From Promethearchaeota archaeon (lineage in GTDB: Archaea; Asgardarchaeota; Lokiarchaeia; Sigyniarchaeales; SOKP01), in the NCBI GenBank assembly GCA_048938895.1, contig JBHLLU010000003.1, positions 1 to 64,000 on the forward strand: a DNA stretch of 64,000 nt. The letters are read 5' to 3'. The notes beneath the pieces are model-generated. The model ran no database searches. It was not told the DNA's origin and was given only the letters and a program-made list of their open reading frames with translations. Positions 49,888 through 60,077 of this stretch are shown here, piece by piece (within the stretch, counting starts at the first letter, position 1; each line of letters starts with the position of its first letter). Both the position numbers and the translations under genes were made by a program.

Positions 49888-51870
49888 ATGGTAGAAACTA
49901 AAGACGAAACTGTTCAAATTGACGATAACATTCCAAGGATCGCTGTTTTTATTTGCCAATGAGGTTTAAACATAGCGGAAGTAATTGCTACTAAGAATTT
50001 AGCGGAATTCGCGAAGACACTTCCAAATGTAGTTGAGGCAATAGATTATATAAGCTTGTGAACCGAATCTGGTGCGGAATTTATCAAGGAGAAAATGATT
50101 GAAACGAATGCAAATAGACTAGTAGTTGGTTCTTGTACTCCTAAAACTCATGAACCTGTATTTAAAAGCGTATTAGAAGCGATGAACATCGACTCTTCAT
50201 TCTTAGAATTTGCTAATATTCGCGAGCATTCTTCCTTTGTCCATAAACAAGATAGAGAGGGTGCTCGGAAAGTCGCTGAAGATGCCTTAAGATCAGCTGT
50301 GGCAAGAGCCTCTGTATTAGAAAAAATTATGATTAAAGAGGTTGATATTACGAAAAAAGCGCTTATAATTGGAGGTGGAGTAGCGGGATTATCGGCAGGA
50401 ATAGATTTAGCTGAAGAAGGATTTGAAGTACATTTAGTAGAAACTCAACCTACAATAGGGGGTAAAATGGCAAAACTCGATCGTACTTTTCCTACAGATG
50501 ATTGTAGCATATGAATTCTGGGACCTGTCATGCTACAAGCAGCACGAACGCCTGGGTTAAACATATATACTTACAGTGAAGTGGAAGATGTACAAGGATT
50601 CGTCGGGAACTTTACTGTAACAATTCGAAAAAAAGCCCGGTACGTGAATAACGATTGTAATGGTTGTGGCGCTTGTTGGGAAGTCTGTCCTGCGTATGGT
50701 TATAATGAATTTAACGAAGGTTTAGATTCAAGGAAAGCAATATATAGTTCATTTGCACAAGCTGTTCCTTCCTTAGCCCAAATCGACATGGATAGATGTA
50801 TTAAATGTGAGTTATGTAAAGCTGCTTGTGAAGTAGATGCAATTGATTTTGATCAGAAAGATGAAATGGTTGAATTAAAGGTTGGTTCAATCGTAGTTGC
50901 TACAGGATGGGACGAATTTGAACCTCCAACAGGATATTTAGGTTATAATAAATATCCTAATGTAATTACACAACTAAAATTAGAACGAATACTTGCTCCC
51001 AATGGACCCACTCTTGGACATCTAGCAAGGCCATCAGACGGAAAAGTACCAAAAAGAATACTATTTATTCAATGTGTAGGTTCGAGAGATTTAAATATGA
51101 ATACCTATTGTAGTTCTGGAGTTTGCTGTATGATTTCGATTAAAAATAGTAAATTAATTAAGCAGCATTCTCCTGAAACGGATATTACTGTTGCCTATAT
51201 GGATATGCGAGCCGCAGGTAAAGATTATGAAGAATATTTCACACTTTCACGAAAAGAAGGAATAAAATACATACGTACAAATGTCAGCAGAATAAAGGAA
51301 GATCCTGAAACTCATAACCTTAAAATCGTAATGCAAAACACATTAAGCTCAAGCGAATTGAAAGAATTAGAATTTGACATGGTAGTCCTCTCAGCAGCAA
51401 TGGTTCCAGCCAAGGGTGTAGAAAGTATTCAGAGAATTTTAAAACTTGAAACAAGTCAAGATGGATTTTTCAAAGAATTTCACGCACGACTTAACCCCAT
51501 TGATACGAAAATACCGGGTATAACTTTAGCGGGAGTTAGTCAAGGGCCAAAATCGATAGTCGAATCAATCGCTCAAGGAAGAGCTGCAGCATCTTCTGTT
51601 GCTAGGCTAATGAGTAAAGATAAATACCGAATATTATTAATTCGAGCCGCTGTGGAAGATAAAGAAAAATGTGCCAAATGTGGATTGTGTGAACTTAATT
51701 GTCCTTATAACGCTATTACTGTAAACGACGACGGTGCTGAAGTAAATGAAATTCTATGTAGGGGTTGTGGGAGTTGTTTAGCTAATTGCCCTTCAGAAGC
51801 AATTACATTACGCTATTATAGGGAACCTCAATATGAAAAACAAATTGACGCTATTTTGGAAGAAATATAG
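49888..51870 (+). CDS. hdrA: Heterodisulfide reductase subunit A, selenoprotein with three Sec (U25, U58, U209), 660 aa
   Basis: One continuous frame from ATG 49888. TGA at 49960 (IAVFICQ-U-GLNIA), 50059 (YISL-U-TESG) and 50512 (FPTDDCSI-U-ILGP) each fall on a conserved HdrA Cys. Also GGGVAG FAD motif, ferredoxin motifs and QCVGSRD. Confidence 0.93.
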
Positions 51871-51884
51871 AGAGGTGTAAAACC

Positions 51885-52346
51885 ATGGCAAGCAAATCTG
51901 AAAATGATATTAAAATTTTAGCTTTCCTTTGCTGGAAATGAGGTTATGGTGCAGGTGATATGGCAGGAACTATACGTGCACAGTATCCAGCCACACTTAG
52001 ACCGGTAAGAATAAATTGTACAGGACGAGTTACCCCTTCACTTATGATGCGAGCAATAGGGAAAGGCGCAGATGGAGTGGTTATAGGTGCTTGATATAGA
52101 GGAGAATGTGATTACGAAACGGGGAATTTAATTGCTGAAAGAAATGTTGGATATGTAAAAGAAATTTTAAAAACCACTGGAATTTCACCAGAACGAGTTC
52201 AAATGTTTCACTGTAGTGCTGCGGAGGGACAGAGATTCCAAGAAGAAGCAACAAGAATCACAAAATTAATAGAAAATTTAGGCAATAATCCCATTAAGGA
52301 TTCATTAAGATCTAGTGATCCAGAAATCAAGAAAAAGAAAAAATAA
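51885..52346 (+). CDS. mvhD: Hydrogenase iron-sulfur subunit MvhD/VhuD, selenoprotein with two Sec (U19, U70), 153 aa; missing from the ORF track
   Basis: After RBS GAGGTG: MASKSENDIKILAFLCWK-U-GYGAGDMAGTIRAQYP...INCTGRV...GADGVVIGA-U-YRGECDYETGN...SAAEG. TGA at 51939 and 52092; stop TAA. Confidence 0.93.
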
Positions 52347-52411
52347 ACCGATTGAATGACTCTTATGAGAAAATCTTAGTCATAAGAAGACAAACTATAA
52401 TGTAATGGTTT
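52345..52411 (+). promoter_or_regulatory. Candidate eukaryote-like SECIS element in the 3' UTR of hdrA-mvhD
   Basis: ATGA (52356-59) C, helix TCTTATGA/TCATAAGA (52361-68/52380-87), apical loop GAAAATCTTAG with an A run, 3' AGAC giving tandem G.A pairs; lower helix AAACC-G-ATTG/TAAT-GGTTT. Confidence 0.8.
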
Positions 52412-52489
52412 CGGAAAATGAAATTTTTCAAAGTAATTAAAAAAAAAAAAAGTAATTTTTTATTAGATTAATTTAGAAAGTTTGATTCC

Positions 52490-52933
52490 TTATTCTCCTA
52501 AAAATTTTTCAAAAACGAAAGCCACCACGCATAATACTCCTGCAAGTAGAACTCCAATTGGAGCGAAACCTACGGTTAACCCCTCAGAATCAAAAACAAA
52601 CATCAATATTGGAAAAATAATTAATGCAATTCCGGTTAAAATGTAGACTAACCAATCCCATTTAAATTCCATGCCTTTCATATTGTGAAGTCCATAGAAT
52701 AACAATAATGCCGCTGCAAAAGCAGCAAATCCGAAAGTCCAAAGAGTGGCTGCATTACCACCAATCCACATATCAGTACCACCACCACTAGCATAAGTAA
52801 TAATAGCGCCCCACCAGTACTGAACGGTTACAGGACCTGTCTTATCACTGGCTACAGGAGTTAAGAGTGCGATAATCAATAAAACCGCGGCAATTAAAAT
52901 ATACAACCAAGTATCCTTTTTAAAATCAACCAT
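52490..52933 (-). CDS. Hypothetical membrane protein
   Basis: 147 aa with about 4 TM segments; T-run downstream on the minus strand (about 52439-52451). Confidence 0.7.
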   Translation of the reverse strand: MVDFKKDTWLYILIAAVLLIIALLTPVASDKTGPVTVQYWWGAIITYASGGGTDMWIGGNAATLWTFGFAAFAAALLLFYGLHNMKGMEFKWDWLVYILTGIALIIFPILMFVFDSEGLTVGFAPIGVLLAGVLCVVAFVFEKFLGE

Positions 52934-53526
52934 TTTTTTTCAACTCAATTTTTGTAAATTTTATTACAAGCTTTTTTTAAAAATTGTACGTTAAGTTTTC
53001 TATCGTTGTTAAAATATATAAATCTTAGGAATAATCCCTTCTTTTTAAGTCTAACCTTAGAATTAATGTGCAAAAAAAAATACGACAAAAAAATAAGTAT
53101 TGCCCTATTAATAAAGAAAAATTGGTTTTTCTCGATTTCTTTTGGGTTTTAAGAGAACATAATTAATTTTAATTTCTAATTTACTAACAATAAATAAATA
53201 CGTTGAATCTGTCAAGGTCAAATTACAAAGAGTCATATTATTTATTTAAATTCGATTAATCCTCAAATTATAGATATTTCATATATGAAACAATATCTTA
53301 AAATGAATATGGTGTTTTTTGAACATCATTAATTAATAAATGCCTTTAATAATATATTTATAGCACGAAAATCAGATTCGATTTCAATTAGAAATCCCCT
53401 TTTTTTAAATAATTACCTAATTAAACATATCTACATGTTTTTATACTTGTTCTCCCCTTTATTCTAATAACATTTCAATTTATAATTTGTTTAAATACAA
53501 GAAAATAATGAATCAAGTGGTTTAAT

Positions 53527-54276
53527 ATGGGAGAAACTGATAAATTAGTCAGATTTGATGAAGAAACCTCACCATCAAAATTCATTGCGCTCATCGCAGT
53601 TCTCTTTATGATTTTCGAAGCTATAGAAATGTTCTATCAGTCAGATACATATCCAATTATAATATTTTTTGGTATTCTCGAAATAATACTTGCCGCGGTA
53701 ATCTTTTTTTCACTAGGTCTTTTTAATTTCTGGAAGATAAAAATACCATATTTATGGTGGCTTATGCTTATCTTTTTTCTAGTTTTATCAGGCCTTGAAT
53801 CTTTAGCTGCATTTCTCGATTTTCGATATCCATTTATGAGTAATTTTGATTTTACTTATTTTCCTTCGGTTCTATTGTTCTTCGTATTTTTAGTAGAAAT
53901 AATTCAACAAAAGAAGGAATGGAAAGCTTCAGAGATTTTAACTCTTTTCGGTGCTCTTTTTGCAATTTGGGATTGTATTTTAGTGTTCGGCTATTGGGCT
54001 AACCCTGGTGGTTTTATCTCTCCACGTAGTGGGGAATATTTTACATATGCATTTTTTGGATTGTTTTCAATAATCATTATGCTTCTAGCATACCAAGACT
54101 GGTTTGATATCAGAATTCCTTTCACATGGTGGGGCCTTTTAAGTGTCGGATTGTTCTTTTTTGTGATGGTGTCCCCGATTGCAAATTTTCAAGGGCAAAT
54201 TGAAGATCGTACTTATGCGGGTTTTGGTGGTATAATCCTCTTAATTGCAGCTGCATTGGGATTAAAAGATTATTAA
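53527..54276 (+). CDS. Hypothetical membrane protein with internal duplication
   Basis: About 8 TM segments; KIPYLWW and RIPFTWW occur at equivalent positions in the two halves. Confidence 0.7.
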   Translation: MGETDKLVRFDEETSPSKFIALIAVLFMIFEAIEMFYQSDTYPIIIFFGILEIILAAVIFFSLGLFNFWKIKIPYLWWLMLIFFLVLSGLESLAAFLDFRYPFMSNFDFTYFPSVLLFFVFLVEIIQQKKEWKASEILTLFGALFAIWDCILVFGYWANPGGFISPRSGEYFTYAFFGLFSIIIMLLAYQDWFDIRIPFTWWGLLSVGLFFFVMVSPIANFQGQIEDRTYAGFGGIILLIAAALGLKDY

Positions 54277-54383
54277 ATTTATCAATAATAAATTTTTTTT
54301 TATTTTTTATCTGAATTCTTTGCTTAATTTTTAATTTCAAAATAAATTACTAAAGATAGTTATATTCATCAAAGTGAGTTTTT

Positions 54384-55670
54384 GTGGTTAAAGACATTGA
54401 AAAACAATTCATGAAAGCTGAGAAACTCTTCAAGGCTATGCAGTATAAACGAGCGGCAAAGTTATATGATAAAGTAGGGGATTTTTACATAAATCAAAAT
54501 AATTTTGAACTCGCTAGAAACTGTTATTTTGATGCTGCTAAATGCTGTATGAATGAGGATAAGTATTTAATTGGAATTGATTTTCTTAGGAAAGCCGGAA
54601 ATGCTTCACTTTCTAATAATGAGGTTGTAGATGCTAATCAATTTTTCAAAGAAACAATGAACTATATACCAAACTTACGAAGCGTTTCAGACCGAAATCA
54701 GAATTTTATTCTATTTTCCTGTTTATCGTATTTATGTCATTTTATTAAAGGTGAACAAGAAGAAGGGCTTAAGATTGTAAAGAAAATAAAGAATTCTGTT
54801 GATGATACTTATTTTCGGGAAAATCCGTTGATTCACCTAATAACAAATTTAACTATGATAATTAAAGAGAAAGATAAAAAATACGTTGAGAGAATTCAAA
54901 AAGATTTTAATAATTATAAATTTCGAGAAGCTGAAGCTTTTTTAGCAAAAAAGGCTTTGACTATAGCAAAAATGTATGCTTATTTGCTTATTACATTAAG
55001 TCTTAAGAAAAATATTTTTACTACAAATGAAACAATAAATTTATCGCTTGTTGTCAATACTAAACCTCTATTAGATATTAAACGAGATATTGAAATAAAA
55101 GATTTAACTATATCTAAAATCGGTATTACGCTTTCTGATAATTTAACTTCTCAGAAAAATCCTGAACTTCCGATTTCCATTCAACTAGGTCAAACTCGGG
55201 AAATTAATCTACTAATAAAACCCCACTTTCAAATGGAAAAGCCCTACATTGGTCCGATTATGTTGACATCAGATTTAGACGGAGATTTATTTTTTTCATA
55301 TGAAATATCTCAAATTTTAAAACCAAAATTAATATCTCCTCCTCCAACTCTCGAAATTTCAATGAAAAGTTTAAGACCTCCGCTCATTGATCAAACTTTT
55401 CCACTTGAAATCTTAATTGAAAACAAGAGTGAAGGAGAAGCTCTAAATCTTGATATAGAAGTGGAATTTCCAGAACAAATTAAGGTTATGAGAGGAACAT
55501 TAAAGAAACAAATATATTCCCTAAGATCTAATGAAAATATTAAATGGGAAGTTAATCTAAAGCCAATTGAAGCAGGAAATTACAAAATTAAGATTTTCAG
55601 TAAATTTAACGATCCTGATCAAAACTTAATTGAAGAAAAGAAAGAATTCCCACTTGATATAAAAATGTAA
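54384..55670 (+). CDS. TPR/SNAP-like alpha-solenoid plus two Ig-like beta-sandwich domains
   Basis: N-terminal repeats (AAKLYDKVGDFY, ARNCYFDAAKC); C-terminal beta-rich domains (LEILIENKSEGEALNL, LKPIEAGNYKI). Confidence 0.65.
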   Translation: MVKDIEKQFMKAEKLFKAMQYKRAAKLYDKVGDFYINQNNFELARNCYFDAAKCCMNEDKYLIGIDFLRKAGNASLSNNEVVDANQFFKETMNYIPNLRSVSDRNQNFILFSCLSYLCHFIKGEQEEGLKIVKKIKNSVDDTYFRENPLIHLITNLTMIIKEKDKKYVERIQKDFNNYKFREAEAFLAKKALTIAKMYAYLLITLSLKKNIFTTNETINLSLVVNTKPLLDIKRDIEIKDLTISKIGITLSDNLTSQKNPELPISIQLGQTREINLLIKPHFQMEKPYIGPIMLTSDLDGDLFFSYEISQILKPKLISPPPTLEISMKSLRPPLIDQTFPLEILIENKSEGEALNLDIEVEFPEQIKVMRGTLKKQIYSLRSNENIKWEVNLKPIEAGNYKIKIFSKFNDPDQNLIEEKKEFPLDIKM

Positions 55671-55684
55671 AAGAGTGAATTATC

Positions 55685-56824
55685 CTAGATTACTATTGGT
55701 CCTTTATGGTTATATGTTACCTTTTCACATATGTCTTTGCCGATAATAATATCATCCTCTAATCGAAGACCCCATTTTCCTTTCCAATACAAACCTGGTT
55801 CATTCGTGTAAACCATATTCTCCTTAAGTAGGGAATCCTTAGAGACTTTCCAACTTACTCTTGGACCAACGTCATGGGCTTGAAAACCTAGGGAGTGTCC
55901 GAAACCGTGAAAAAATAATTTCTCATGATCGTATCCATTTTCTTCTAAATATTCACGACATTTTATAGCCGGTAGATTTGCAGGAGTGTTATCAACAAAA
56001 TACTTATTAGCTATTTCTTTTGATTCATAAAGAACATTATAAGCTTTAAGAAAATCTTCTGATGGTTTTTTACCGACCCAGAAAGTCCATGTTATATCAG
56101 AACACATCTGATCAATTTTTAACCCGGTATCAATTAATAGTACTCCTTCTTCAATTTTTTTATTAGATGTATTATGATGTGGATCAGCTGAGTGAGCTCC
56201 CGTTCCAATAATCATTGGGAATGAGGATTTCCCTATCTTCATATATTTATACTCAATTTCAGCTTTTAATTCATTTTCTTTCATTCCTTTTTTGAAAATA
56301 TCGGGAATGGTTTCCAATATTTCCAAAGTTGCTGTACATACATTTCGTAAATCTTTTAATTCCTCTTGATTCTTTACACTTCTTAATCCAAATATAATCG
56401 GTGCTGAGGATACAAATTCGGTGTTTGGGGCTAATTCTTTAATAGAAAAATAATCTCCAACTTTTAATTGATCAGCGTAAAAGAAGCTTTCATCAGTGAG
56501 AAGACCTTCAGCGATGTTCAGTGCAATCCGAGGTTTATTAATTATAGACTTCAATTTGGGAATAACATCTTTTAATGAACTAAATGAATCTACGTTGGCT
56601 TTAATACCTTTATTCTTCAATGAGTGTTCAATCATTGGAGCTTCCATCTCAACAGCAAGAATCTGATGTTCTCCATTTGCAGCAATGTAAATATATGTAA
56701 GAGAGGGAGCATTTACACCTAATAAAAAATGAGAGTGAACATCACTGCTTTCTTTAGAAATAGTTAACCAACCATCTACATTCATTTCTCTTATTAATTC
56801 CTGAGCGCGTTCAAATTTATTCAT
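55685..56824 (-). CDS. Xaa-Pro aminopeptidase/prolidase (M24B)
   Basis: PHH, IDTG, SDITWT, HGFGHSLG..HD, TNEPG, RLEDD. Confidence 0.92.
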   Translation of the reverse strand: MNKFERAQELIREMNVDGWLTISKESSDVHSHFLLGVNAPSLTYIYIAANGEHQILAVEMEAPMIEHSLKNKGIKANVDSFSSLKDVIPKLKSIINKPRIALNIAEGLLTDESFFYADQLKVGDYFSIKELAPNTEFVSSAPIIFGLRSVKNQEELKDLRNVCTATLEILETIPDIFKKGMKENELKAEIEYKYMKIGKSSFPMIIGTGAHSADPHHNTSNKKIEEGVLLIDTGLKIDQMCSDITWTFWVGKKPSEDFLKAYNVLYESKEIANKYFVDNTPANLPAIKCREYLEENGYDHEKLFFHGFGHSLGFQAHDVGPRVSWKVSKDSLLKENMVYTNEPGLYWKGKWGLRLEDDIIIGKDICEKVTYNHKGPIVI

Positions 56825-56980
56825 ATAGTAACCACATAGTTTCTAATCATTAATATAAACTTAATCTTAATTTGTTTATTTTTATTTTGATTTTCCATTT
56901 TATTAATCATAAAGCAGTAAAAAAATTATTAATCACTCTTTTCTTATATCTGTATAGAATAGAAAAATAATGATAATGTC

Positions 56981-58519
56981 ATGAAGCTTAAAGTTAAGGA
57001 AATTAATTTTGAAACCGGAAATACTAAGGATGTAGTTTTAAACATTAAAGACGCGCAGGAATTAGGGCAGAAAGCTGGAGAACGTATTTTTATTAAAAAC
57101 ATTCAGTCAAAGGCTATTCAAGATAAATTTTGGACTGCAATTATCCAAATCGATTACTCAAATTCAATAGTAGAACCTGGAGAAATTGGTGTATTTCTTG
57201 ATATTCTTCGTGAAAATAAAAATATGAGTAATAATGCAATTGTCTCTGTCAAACCTGCTGATCCCCCTGAATCATTTAAATTCATTCAAAAAAAAATTAA
57301 AGGAAATAAGCTTAAAAGCGAAGAAATAAATGCTATTGTCTCTGATGCTGTCTCAGGATCACTTTCTCGAATAGACTTGGCAGCATTTATTACAGGTGTT
57401 TCTATTAATGGGATGGACAATGAAGAAATGACTGCTCTAACTTTGGCTGAAACTAAAAGCGGGGAAATCTTTTATTTCGGAATGGATGTTTATGACAAGC
57501 ATAGTACCGGTGGAGTTCCAGGGAATAAAGTTTCCCTTATCATTGTTCCTATTGTTGCAGCTGCTGGGCTAACAATCCCTAAATCTTCGACAAGAGCAAT
57601 AACTTCACCATCAGGGACTGCTGATTCTATGGAAGTTTTAGCACCTGTTGCTTTTAATCCAGCTGAACTAAATGATATTGTTTCCAAAGAAAATGCATGT
57701 ATAATATGGGGAGGTGCCCTTGAAACAGCTCCCGCAGATAATATTCTAATTGAAATCGAACGTCCTTTACATATGGATCCAATCGGTTTGATGATTCCCT
57801 CTATTCTCACTAAAAAACTTTCATTGGGAGTAAAAAAATTAGTTCTTGATATTCCTGTTGGAGGTGGCACAAAATTTCCTACTCCGAACAATGGGAAACA
57901 ATTTGCTTATATATTTAAAGAAATTTCGGCAAATGTTGGTATTGAGGCTGAATGTGCTTTAACATTAGCCCATCAGCCAATTGGTCATGCGATTGGACCA
58001 GCATTAGAAGCAAAAGAAGCATTAAACCTACTTATGGATTATTCTGCAGGACCTAATTCACTAATAGAAAAATCTACCGATCTAGCGGGCATAATCCTCG
58101 AAATGAGTGGTAAAGCTCAGAAGGGTCAAGGTCAAAATCTAGCTAAAGATATCCTTCGTTCTGGAAAAGCATATGAAAAAATGAAAAGGATTATATCCGC
58201 CCAGGGAGGTAATCCCGATATAAAGCCTGAAGAGATTGAAATAGGTCCACATCTGAAAGAATTCTTTGCCGCAAAAGAAGGATACATTGTAGAAGTGAAT
58301 AATTCAATAATAAATCAGATAGCAAAAACAGCAGGCTGTCCAAGCTCAAAGACATCTGGTGTGGAAATAATTAAAAAACAAGGAGCAAAAGTTAAAGAGG
58401 GAGAAGTTGTTTTCAGAATTTATTCGCACAGTCAATCAAAATTAAGAAAAGCAGAAAAAATCTATAATGCGACTGGTGGTCCTATCCACTTAGGAGGAAT
58501 GATGATAGAGAGAATTTAA
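56981..58519 (+). CDS. AMP phosphorylase (archaeal NMP phosphorylase, thymidine phosphorylase family)
   Basis: N-terminal extension, DKHSTGGVPGNK, KSSTRAITSPSGTAD, APAD, IGPALEA. Confidence 0.92.
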   Translation: MKLKVKEINFETGNTKDVVLNIKDAQELGQKAGERIFIKNIQSKAIQDKFWTAIIQIDYSNSIVEPGEIGVFLDILRENKNMSNNAIVSVKPADPPESFKFIQKKIKGNKLKSEEINAIVSDAVSGSLSRIDLAAFITGVSINGMDNEEMTALTLAETKSGEIFYFGMDVYDKHSTGGVPGNKVSLIIVPIVAAAGLTIPKSSTRAITSPSGTADSMEVLAPVAFNPAELNDIVSKENACIIWGGALETAPADNILIEIERPLHMDPIGLMIPSILTKKLSLGVKKLVLDIPVGGGTKFPTPNNGKQFAYIFKEISANVGIEAECALTLAHQPIGHAIGPALEAKEALNLLMDYSAGPNSLIEKSTDLAGIILEMSGKAQKGQGQNLAKDILRSGKAYEKMKRIISAQGGNPDIKPEEIEIGPHLKEFFAAKEGYIVEVNNSIINQIAKTAGCPSSKTSGVEIIKKQGAKVKEGEVVFRIYSHSQSKLRKAEKIYNATGGPIHLGGMMIERI

Positions 58520-58540
58520 TTAACATTTTAAAATGAACCT

Positions 58541-60031
58541 ATGCCTTTAACACCGCAAGCAATTTACAGAGATTTTATAAATGGAGATTTGGATAAACCA
58601 TTTGCTACAGAACTGTTAATAACTCTTATAGATAATGCAGAAAATATTGAAACTCGCATTGAGAGTATCGATGTACTAAATAAACTTCAAGTCAATGATG
58701 ATAAAACCTTTGATTTTTTAGAACATTTATTGATTTCTGACCTAAATGAGGATATAAGAAACTTAACAATCTCTGTACTCAGAGATAGATATTTAGATAG
58801 AGCACTTGAACCTATGATTTGGGCTAGTGAGCATGAAAATTCATTAAAATGTTTGATATCTATTATTTTAACAGTTGGTCAAATTGATAATCATAATGCT
58901 AGAGAAGTCTTAATTAAAAAATTAAAAAAGTTCAGTAAGAATGAAGAAAAGCATATTTTACTGAATAATTCAGAAAAATTAGCAATAGAGAAATTGCCTA
59001 ATAGGGAATTAGCAGATATTTTAATTAATTATTATATAATCTCTTTCTTAAAGGCAACATTTGGATATTTTAGGTTTAAGCATAATGAATTGTGGAAGAT
59101 TACTGAATTAGATTTATCTAATGTTGAGAGATACAGCTCTGGCTTGAATAAACTAGAATATTTCCTAGAGCCTATTTTTTCTCTGAAAGCTCTTACTTCA
59201 TGTGATTTACGGTTTAATCACTTAACAACAATTCCAGACTGTTTCAATAACTCAATCGAATATTTAGATTTGAGTTATAATAAACTAATAAAACTTCCTA
59301 GCTTAAGTAATTATACGAATATTATAAGTTTGAATTTGAAATCAAACCGATTGAGGATCCTTCCGGAATCTATTGGTTCTCCACTAACTCTTGAGTATTT
59401 AAATTTGAGGAATAATATGTTAAAGTCTCTTCCCAAATCCATAAGCTTTCTTACTTCACTTAAAATTCTTGATTTACATGGGAATAAACTAGATTCCATC
59501 AAATTTGATCTGAGTAATTCAATAAAAGAATTAGAATTAGGATGGAATAATTTTAAATCAGTACCACAAGGTATAAAGTCATTGTTGTCATTAGAGAGAT
59601 TAGGATTAGGAGGTAATAAGTTATTGGAATTGCCAACTTGGATAGGTGATTTTAAGTTTCTTAAACAATTAGATTTATATGATAATAAATTAAATGAGAT
59701 TCCGGAATCAATTGGCAACCTTGGATCTTTGGAGAATTTAAACTTGCGAAATAATCAATTGAGTGTACTTCCTTCCTCATTACAAAATTTGAAATCTATT
59801 ATAAGTCTAAACTTAAGTTGGAATAATTTCTCAGTACTCCCAAATTGGATTGGTTCCTTATCGTTATTAGAGGAATTAAACCTATGGGGTAATCGATTAA
59901 CAGCCCTTCCTAAGTCAATAGCTTTACTGCCATCATTAAAAGTATTGGATTTGAATTTCAATCAATTTAATGAAATTCCCCCCTTTTTAAAAGAATTAAA
60001 AAAATCAAAAGGGCTAATCATAAAGTTATAA
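58541..60031 (+). CDS. HEAT-like N-terminus plus leucine-rich repeat protein, paralogue 1
   Basis: LEHLLISDLNEDIRN; repeated approximately 23-aa LxxLxLxxNxLxxLPxSIG units. Confidence 0.9.
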   Translation: MPLTPQAIYRDFINGDLDKPFATELLITLIDNAENIETRIESIDVLNKLQVNDDKTFDFLEHLLISDLNEDIRNLTISVLRDRYLDRALEPMIWASEHENSLKCLISIILTVGQIDNHNAREVLIKKLKKFSKNEEKHILLNNSEKLAIEKLPNRELADILINYYIISFLKATFGYFRFKHNELWKITELDLSNVERYSSGLNKLEYFLEPIFSLKALTSCDLRFNHLTTIPDCFNNSIEYLDLSYNKLIKLPSLSNYTNIISLNLKSNRLRILPESIGSPLTLEYLNLRNNMLKSLPKSISFLTSLKILDLHGNKLDSIKFDLSNSIKELELGWNNFKSVPQGIKSLLSLERLGLGGNKLLELPTWIGDFKFLKQLDLYDNKLNEIPESIGNLGSLENLNLRNNQLSVLPSSLQNLKSIISLNLSWNNFSVLPNWIGSLSLLEELNLWGNRLTALPKSIALLPSLKVLDLNFNQFNEIPPFLKELKKSKGLIIKL

Positions 60032-60077
60032 GAAGAAACCAGTAATTTAAAAAGGTTATGTCAATTCTTTTAAACTA

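Noticed and set aside
49888-52346. hdrA/mvhD as pseudogenes, or genome-wide UGA reassignment
   Set aside because: All five interruptions are TGA, in frame and at Cys positions, with no frameshifts. Other genes in the window end normally at TGA (e.g. 13758, 41540) and use TGG for Trp.
52934-53526. Long intergenic region as an ncRNA or replication origin
   Set aside because: It is AT-rich divergent promoter space with no convincing stems, ORB-like repeats or adjacent cdc6.
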